Below, in pieces: positions 58,729 to 64,000 of a DNA stretch of 64,000 bases. Under the pieces are notes generated by a model, which ran no database searches, had not been told where the DNA came from, and saw nothing but the letters and a program-made list of their open reading frames with translations. The DNA is taken from the NCBI GenBank assembly GCA_016716705.1, contig JADJVF010000011.1:18687-82686 (forward strand). The letters are read 5' to 3'. The stretch's first letter is position 1. Every line of letters begins with the position of its first letter. Origin of the DNA: Holophagales bacterium (GTDB lineage Bacteria; Acidobacteriota; Thermoanaerobaculia; UBA5066). A program made the position numbers and the translations under genes.

Positions 58729-59211
58729 ATGTCCGCCGACACCGGAATTCGCGATGTGGTGACGGGGCTCTACGTCCGCGAGTATTTCGACGACGTCATC
58801 GCGCGCGAGCTGGAGCGGTCGCGCCGCCACGAGATCCCGCTCTCGGTCGTGTCGGTCGTGATCCGCGACTTCGAGTCCCTCGAGGCGGCAGGCGAGGAGG
58901 CCACCGTCTCCGTCCTCGTGGAGATTGCACGGGAGCTGGGACGGAACGTTCGCGAGACGGACCACCTCTTCCGGTGGGAGGCCGACGAGTTCCTCCTCCT
59001 CCTGTTCGGGGCCGACGGGGCCGCCTGCGAACAGAAGGTGCAGCAGCTCGACCAGCTCTTCAGGCCCTGGCGGGACGGCGACGGGCCGGTGCCGGTCGGA
59101 GTCCGGATCCGGGTCGGCGGCGCCACCCACGAGAGCGACATCGTCTTCGCGTCGGTCCTGCAGGCCGCCCGCGCGATGGCCCGGCCGGGCGTCGCCGCGG
59201 TGCCGGGCTGA
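58729..59211 (+). CDS. stand-alone degenerate GGDEF domain protein (RWEADEF) retaining an RxxD I-site
   Basis: 160 aa. The GGDEF fold with the signature replaced by EADEF, preceded by RETD at the canonical I-site spacing. Confidence 0.55.
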   Translation: MSADTGIRDVVTGLYVREYFDDVIARELERSRRHEIPLSVVSVVIRDFESLEAAGEEATVSVLVEIARELGRNVRETDHLFRWEADEFLLLLFGADGAACEQKVQQLDQLFRPWRDGDGPVPVGVRIRVGGATHESDIVFASVLQAARAMARPGVAAVPG

Positions 59212-59230
59212 ACGATCCTAGAGTAGAAAA

Positions 59231-59794
59231 TCAAGACCTGACCCCAAGGCTCCGGACGAGGCGGAGGGGGAGGCCGATGACGTTGGAGGGGGTCCCGGAG
59301 ATCCGCTCCACGAAGAGCCCGCCGAGGCCCTGCAGGGCGTAGGCGCCCGCCTTGTCGGCCGGCTCGCCGGAGGCGACGTAGGCGTCGACCTCGTCGTCGG
59401 TCATCGAGGCGAAGACGACCTCGGTCGTCTCGCGCCCCGACACGAGAACCCCGTCTCGAGCGAGGGCGACCCCCGTGACGACGTCGTGCGCGCGGCCGCG
59501 GAGAGCGCGGAGCATCCGCCGGGCGTCCTCGTCGTCGCGAGGCTTCCCGAGCGCCATGCCGTCGAGGACGACGATCGTGTCCGCGGCGAGGACGACGGTC
59601 CCCGCCGGTGCCGAGGACGCCACGGCCGAGGCCTTGGCGCGGGCGAGCCGCTCCGCGGCATCGTGGGCGTCCTCGCCCGGGAGCAGCGACTCGTCCACGT
59701 CGGCCGGCCGGACCTCGGGCTCGAGCCCGAGGGCGCGGAGGAGGTCGAGGCGGCGGGGTGAGGACGAGGCGAGGAGGAGACGCGGTCGGCTCAC
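59231..59794 (-). CDS. maf: Maf-family nucleoside triphosphate pyrophosphatase
   Basis: …[15 protein letters not shown]… N-terminal Maf motif. GTG at 59794 (RC), 12 nt after the upstream gene's stop. An alternative ATG at 59878 would overlap that gene by 72 nt. Confidence 0.7.
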   Translation of the reverse strand: MSRPRLLLASSSPRRLDLLRALGLEPEVRPADVDESLLPGEDAHDAAERLARAKASAVASSAPAGTVVLAADTIVVLDGMALGKPRDDEDARRMLRALRGRAHDVVTGVALARDGVLVSGRETTEVVFASMTDDEVDAYVASGEPADKAGAYALQGLGGLFVERISGTPSNVIGLPLRLVRSLGVRS

Positions 59795-59805
59795 GGCGGC
59801 TGAGT

Positions 59806-62800
59806 CTAGGGGTAGTAGCCGCTGATCGTCCGCGCCTCGAGGTTCGTCGGCGTCATCTTCACCTCGATCTTCCGCCACGCCGATCCCTTCCTCGCCGGGG
59901 GCGTGTAGGTGAGGAGGTACTGGCTCCGGAGCTCCTCGTCGATCTCCTTGTAGACGCCGGACAGCCCCTTGGCCGAGTCGACGTAGTAGACGGTGCCGCC
60001 GGTCTCGCGCGCCATCCGGTTGATCTTCGTCCTCACGTCGAACTGCGTTCCGCCGATCTTCAGCCCGATGAAGTAGATCGCCACGCCGGTCTTGCGCGCG
60101 TAGTCGAGGGCCGCCTCGAACGTGAACTTCGAGGCCCGGTCGGCGCCGTCGGAGAGGATGACGTAGGCCTTGCGCCCCTTCGTCCCCTGGTACTGGTAGA
60201 GGCCGTAGACGACGGCGTCCCAGAGCGAGGTCGAACCCTGGGCCCTGAGCCCCGCGAGCGCCTGGGCGAGGCGCTCGCGGTCGGTCGTGAAGCGGGAGAC
60301 GAGCTGCGGCTCGTTGTCGAACGTGACGAGGAAGGTCCGGTCGCGGGGCGTCATGATGCTCCGGAGGAAGTCGTTCGCGGCCTTCTGCGCCTCGGGCAGG
60401 GTCTCCTCCATCGACCCCGACGTGTCGACGCCGACGCCGAGGGAGAGCGGGAGGTTCGTGACGACCTCGAAGGCGTCGACCTCCTGGGGGGCGCCGTCCT
60501 CCAGGATGCGGAAGTTCGTCTTCGAAAGCCCCGTGACGGGGCGCCCCTTGGCGAAGACCGAGGTGTAGAGCTCGACCGCCTGGACGTCGACCTCGGAGAG
60601 GTACTTCGGCGCGTTGATGTAGCGGACGTCCTCGGTGACGTCGCCGTCCTCGAGGGTGGCCACGACGCGGAGGAAACCGATCTCGCTGCGGCGCGGGACG
60701 TCGACGACCTGCTGGAAGGGGGGCTGGAAGAGCGTCGCGGCGCGCGTCTCGTTGACGAAGATCTCGAGCTTCTGGAGCTTCTTCGTCTCGGGAACGGCGA
60801 GGTCGGCGACGACGCGCACCGGACCGAAGATGCTGATCCCCTTCTCCGGCGCCGTGATCTTCACCCGGAACGCTTCGCGCCCCTCGTTCAGCACGACCTC
60901 GTCCTCGGAGAGCATCTTGCCGTCCCTCGAGAATCCGGTGACCTTGATCGTCCGCTTCCGCGGGAGCTCGCCGAGGTCGAGGTCGGCCTCGAAGGGAGGC
61001 CGCCGGTCGGTGACGATCTTCCGGCCGTCGAGGTAGAACTCGGCGAAGGCGATGTCGTCGGAGCTGGCGCGCGTCTCGAATTTCACGACGCCGGTCGCGA
61101 ACTCGCGCGCGATCGGCAGGAGCGTGAGGACACCTCGCTCGTTCGGAGAGGAGACGAGCCGCGCGAGAGCGGCCTTGGCCGACTCGCGGGCCGCCTTTTC
61201 TTCGGGGGAGAGGAGCTGGTCGGGCGACTCGGGGACGACGACCTTCTCGTCGATGAGGGCGGCGGCGTTACGGTTCGAGTCGGCGATCTTCACCTTCAGG
61301 CGGTACTCGCCGGGGTAGAGGAAGCGCTCGAGGTTGAGGGGGAGGAAGGCCCCCTTCACCGTCGAGGCGGGGAAGTCGAAGCGATACCGGAAGTTGTCGA
61401 CGAGCTTGCCCCCCTTGACGATCTCGCCGACGACGTCGAGGTCGTAGAAGGTCTCCTCGCCGAGAGCCTTGGTCCCGAGGGTCGCGCGCTCGAGGAGGAC
61501 GGAGATCTCCATCCGGATCTTGCTCGCGACCATCTCGGGAAAGCGGAGGACCCGCTGGACCGGGAGCTTCGCCGCGGCCGGGTCGACGTCCGTCGTCATC
61601 AGGAGGATCTTGTCGACGCCCTCCACGTCCGGCTTCGGCCCCTCCTTCAGCTCGTCGATCAGCCTCTGGGCGCCCATCGTCCCGAAGAGGCCGGTCGCGG
61701 ACGCCATCGCGCTGTTGATCTCCCTCCACTCGCCGCAGCGCGTGACGTCGACCGTTCGGCCGGTGCCGATCCCCGCGAGGCCGGCGATGCCGCCGACGAG
61801 GAGCGCCTGGGGGCCTTCGAGCGGCGTCCAGAGCCGAAAGTCTCCCGTCCCGAAAGGCTGGTAGAAGAGGAGCGAGACCTTGCTCATCCGGAGCGTCTCG
61901 AGGCGCTCGTAGAACCAGATCTCGAGCGGGTTGTAGATGTCCTGGCAGTCGATGCGCCGGAAAGCGTCTGGCGGGCCGTTGATGAGGAAGATCCTCCCCT
62001 GGTCGGTGTTGACGTTCCGGAACCGCTCCTTGACCGTCTGGAGTCTCAGCTCGTAGATCTCCCGGAACGCGACCCTCTGCCCGTCCGAATCGACCGAGCG
62101 CCGCTTCCAGAAGTCCTCGATGAAACGGTCCCGCTGGTAGTCGGAGGCGAGGCGGAGGAACGTCGCCTCCTCGACCTCGGCGAGGATCGGCTCGACGTCG
62201 GACAGGAACTGCCTGTAACGGTCGGGCAGGGCGGCAATCGCCTGCTTGCGCTCCTTCCCCGAGAGCTTCTTCGCCGAAAGGACGAGGGGCGCCGCAGCCC
62301 CGGCCGGGGCCGAGGCCGTCGGTCCGGAGAGGGGGACGGCGAGGGCGGCGCGCTCGCGCAGGCCTCCGGCGGTGTCGGCCTGGCGGGAGGAGATCGCCCG
62401 GTAGGCGGCCTGGACGAGAGTGGTGTCGGCGCAGCCGAAGGCGCTCTCCGTGAGAGCGTCGAGCGGCTTGTCGGCCTGGGACTTCGGCGCGAGGAGCACC
62501 GATTCGCCGTCGATGACGGTCCAGTAGCGGGAGATCCCGGTCCCCGGCTCGGGGAAGAACAGCATCCGGACGTTCGTACCGAGGAGGCGGTGAGTGAGGT
62601 AGGTCCAGACCTCGACCCGGGCGAAGAGGTTCGGGCAGGAGACGATCCGGCGGGCGTCAGGCCCCCCCCCGGAGGCGACCCACACGGAGGCACGATCGTC
62701 GTCGAGACGGCCGAAGAGGGTCATCGCCTCGGCCCGGAGCGACTGGATCGGGTCTGGTTCCTGGCGGGTGACCTCGACGCCCTTCGAGGCGTCGGCAGGG

Positions 62801-62886
62801 GTGGCAGGAGGCGCCTGCGCGGGCGCGTCGGCTGCGAGGAGAGCCGAAGCCACGAAGGCGAGCCATCGAGCCTGGTTCCGGACCAT
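59806..62886 (-). CDS. 1026-aa secreted GWxTD-domain protein with C-terminal von Willebrand factor A domain
   Basis: ATG at 62886 (RC) with GAGGAGG. Signal peptide [25 protein letters not shown]. GWxTD-like block [25 protein letters not shown] motif VDTSGSM near the C-terminus. Confidence 0.8.
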   Translation of the reverse strand: MVRNQARWLAFVASALLAADAPAQAPPATPADASKGVEVTRQEPDPIQSLRAEAMTLFGRLDDDRASVWVASGGGPDARRIVSCPNLFARVEVWTYLTHRLLGTNVRMLFFPEPGTGISRYWTVIDGESVLLAPKSQADKPLDALTESAFGCADTTLVQAAYRAISSRQADTAGGLRERAALAVPLSGPTASAPAGAAAPLVLSAKKLSGKERKQAIAALPDRYRQFLSDVEPILAEVEEATFLRLASDYQRDRFIEDFWKRRSVDSDGQRVAFREIYELRLQTVKERFRNVNTDQGRIFLINGPPDAFRRIDCQDIYNPLEIWFYERLETLRMSKVSLLFYQPFGTGDFRLWTPLEGPQALLVGGIAGLAGIGTGRTVDVTRCGEWREINSAMASATGLFGTMGAQRLIDELKEGPKPDVEGVDKILLMTTDVDPAAAKLPVQRVLRFPEMVASKIRMEISVLLERATLGTKALGEETFYDLDVVGEIVKGGKLVDNFRYRFDFPASTVKGAFLPLNLERFLYPGEYRLKVKIADSNRNAAALIDEKVVVPESPDQLLSPEEKAARESAKAALARLVSSPNERGVLTLLPIAREFATGVVKFETRASSDDIAFAEFYLDGRKIVTDRRPPFEADLDLGELPRKRTIKVTGFSRDGKMLSEDEVVLNEGREAFRVKITAPEKGISIFGPVRVVADLAVPETKKLQKLEIFVNETRAATLFQPPFQQVVDVPRRSEIGFLRVVATLEDGDVTEDVRYINAPKYLSEVDVQAVELYTSVFAKGRPVTGLSKTNFRILEDGAPQEVDAFEVVTNLPLSLGVGVDTSGSMEETLPEAQKAANDFLRSIMTPRDRTFLVTFDNEPQLVSRFTTDRERLAQALAGLRAQGSTSLWDAVVYGLYQYQGTKGRKAYVILSDGADRASKFTFEAALDYARKTGVAIYFIGLKIGGTQFDVRTKINRMARETGGTVYYVDSAKGLSGVYKEIDEELRSQYLLTYTPPARKGSAWRKIEVKMTPTNLEARTISGYYP

Positions 62887-63018
62887 GGACGTTCCTCCTC
62901 GGCACCCGCCTCCCGACCATGCAAGATGGGGACCGTATCCGAAGTGTACGGCGCGCACCGGGAAGGGTTCGTGAGGGAGGGCACGGGCCCCGCTCGGTCC
63001 TCACTAGAATCCTCCGGA

Positions 63019-64000
63019 ATGCCTGTTCGCCGCCCGGTCTACGCCGATCACCACGCCACGACACCCCTTCGTCCCGAAGCGCTCGAGGCGATGCTCCCGT
63101 GGCTCACCTCCCTCGCGGCGAATCCTTCCTCGATCCACGCCCCGGGCCGGGCGGCGAGAAAGGCGGTCGAATCGGCGCGCGAGGCGGTGGCGTCCGCCCT
63201 CGGCGTCCTGCCGGACGAGATCGTCTTCACCTCGGGTGGGACGGAGTCGGACGTTCTCGCCGTCAGGGGCGCGGCCCTGGCCGCTCGCGAGCGGGAATCG
63301 GGGCGGAGCCGCGTCGTCTTCTCCGCCGCAGAGCATCCTGCCGTCCGCGAGGCGGGGCTCTCCCTGGCCGGGGACGGATTCGAGCCGGTCGAGGTGCCGG
63401 TCGACCGGGACGGGCTGCCCGACGAGGACGGACTCGCGTCCGCGCTCGACGCGAAGGCGGCGGTCGTGTCGCTCATCCTCGCGAGCAACGAGACGGGCGC
63501 CGTGAACGTCCTGATGCCGGATGCGGCCAGGATCGCGCACGCGGTCGGCGCCGTCGTCCACACGGACGCCGTCCAGGCCGTGGGAAAGGTCCCGGTCCGG
63601 CCCGGAGCGCTCGGGGTCGACCTGCTTTCGTTCACCGGGCACAAGTTCGGCGGACCGAAAGGGGCGGGGGGGCTCTGGGTGAGGAAGGGTGTCCGCCTCC
63701 GGCCGCTCTTCAAGGGCGGCGGACAGGAACGAGGTCGTCGGGGGGGGACGGAAAACGTCCCGGCCATCGTGGGGCTGGGAGCGGCGCTGACCGCCGCGGT
63801 CGCCGGAATGGATGCGGAGGCCCTGCGCGTCGCAGCGCTGCGGGATGCCTTCGAAGCGGAGCTCCTCGTCCGGGTTCCCGGCGCGCGGATCAACGGGCCC
63901 GGGGCGGTGCGGGGGGAGCGCCTTCCAACGGTCAGCTCCGTCACCTTTCCGGGCGCCGACGGCGAAACCCTCCTGGCGGCGCTCGACCTCGAAGGGGTTG
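63019..64000 (+). CDS. cysteine desulfurase (NifS/IscS family), 5' part (runs off the right edge)
   Basis: ATG at 63019. Class-V aminotransferase motifs (…FTSGGTESD…SFTGHKFGGPKGAGGLWV…). No stop before 64000. Confidence 0.75.
   Translation, partial: MPVRRPVYADHHATTPLRPEALEAMLPWLTSLAANPSSIHAPGRAARKAVESAREAVASALGVLPDEIVFTSGGTESDVLAVRGAALAARERESGRSRVVFSAAEHPAVREAGLSLAGDGFEPVEVPVDRDGLPDEDGLASALDAKAAVVSLILASNETGAVNVLMPDAARIAHAVGAVVHTDAVQAVGKVPVRPGALGVDLLSFTGHKFGGPKGAGGLWVRKGVRLRPLFKGGGQERGRRGGTENVPAIVGLGAALTAAVAGMDAEALRVAALRDAFEAELLVRVPGARINGPGAVRGERLPTVSSVTFPGADGETLLAALDLEGV

Overview
The window is 64 kb of a very GC-rich (roughly 70%) bacterial chromosome, with genes packed densely on both strands. 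The many long R/P/G/A-rich reading frames on the opposite strand are GC shadow ORFs, not genes. I can support about 55 coding genes and one tRNA. The main content is: (1) a GAF/HD-GYP c-di-GMP phosphodiesterase; (2) efp next to an M23 peptidase; (3) a fadL-family outer-membrane channel coupled to a secreted SGNH/GDSL-like hydrolase; (4) a complete glycine-cleavage operon, gcvT-gcvH-gcvPA-gcvPB; (5) a Hanks-type Ser/Thr kinase with C-terminal PEGA domains; (6) tRNA-Ala(CGC); (7) a TonB-dependent receptor divergent from a short ModE-like regulator; (8) a SurA_N-DsbA fusion lipoprotein followed by two very large secreted multihaem c-type cytochromes, 8 and 9 CxxCH motifs, one with a PKD domain; (9) a VIT1 iron transporter, a DASS anion symporter, glutaminase, a TrmB-family regulator coupled to a secreted tandem-retropepsin/PDZ protease, beta carbonic anhydrase, an HDAC-like amidohydrolase, adenine deaminase, threonine aldolase and proline iminopeptidase; (10) a KefB/C-type K+/H+ antiporter; (11) two tandem paralogous polytopic membrane proteins, the first decayed; (12) a second-messenger cluster of a TPR plus two cNMP-binding domains, a GGDEF cyclase and a degenerate GGDEF effector; (13) a 1026-aa GWxTD+VWA secreted protein, maf, and a partial cysteine desulfurase. 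No CRISPR array, integrase, transposase or rRNA is present. At least six genes carry an apparent single-base frameshift at a G/C homopolymer. I cannot tell from sequence alone whether these are assembly indels or real pseudogenes. The most interesting candidate system is the DsbA-lipoprotein plus twin multihaem cytochrome locus, which has a previously uncharacterised Cys-flanked GGTW repeat architecture.
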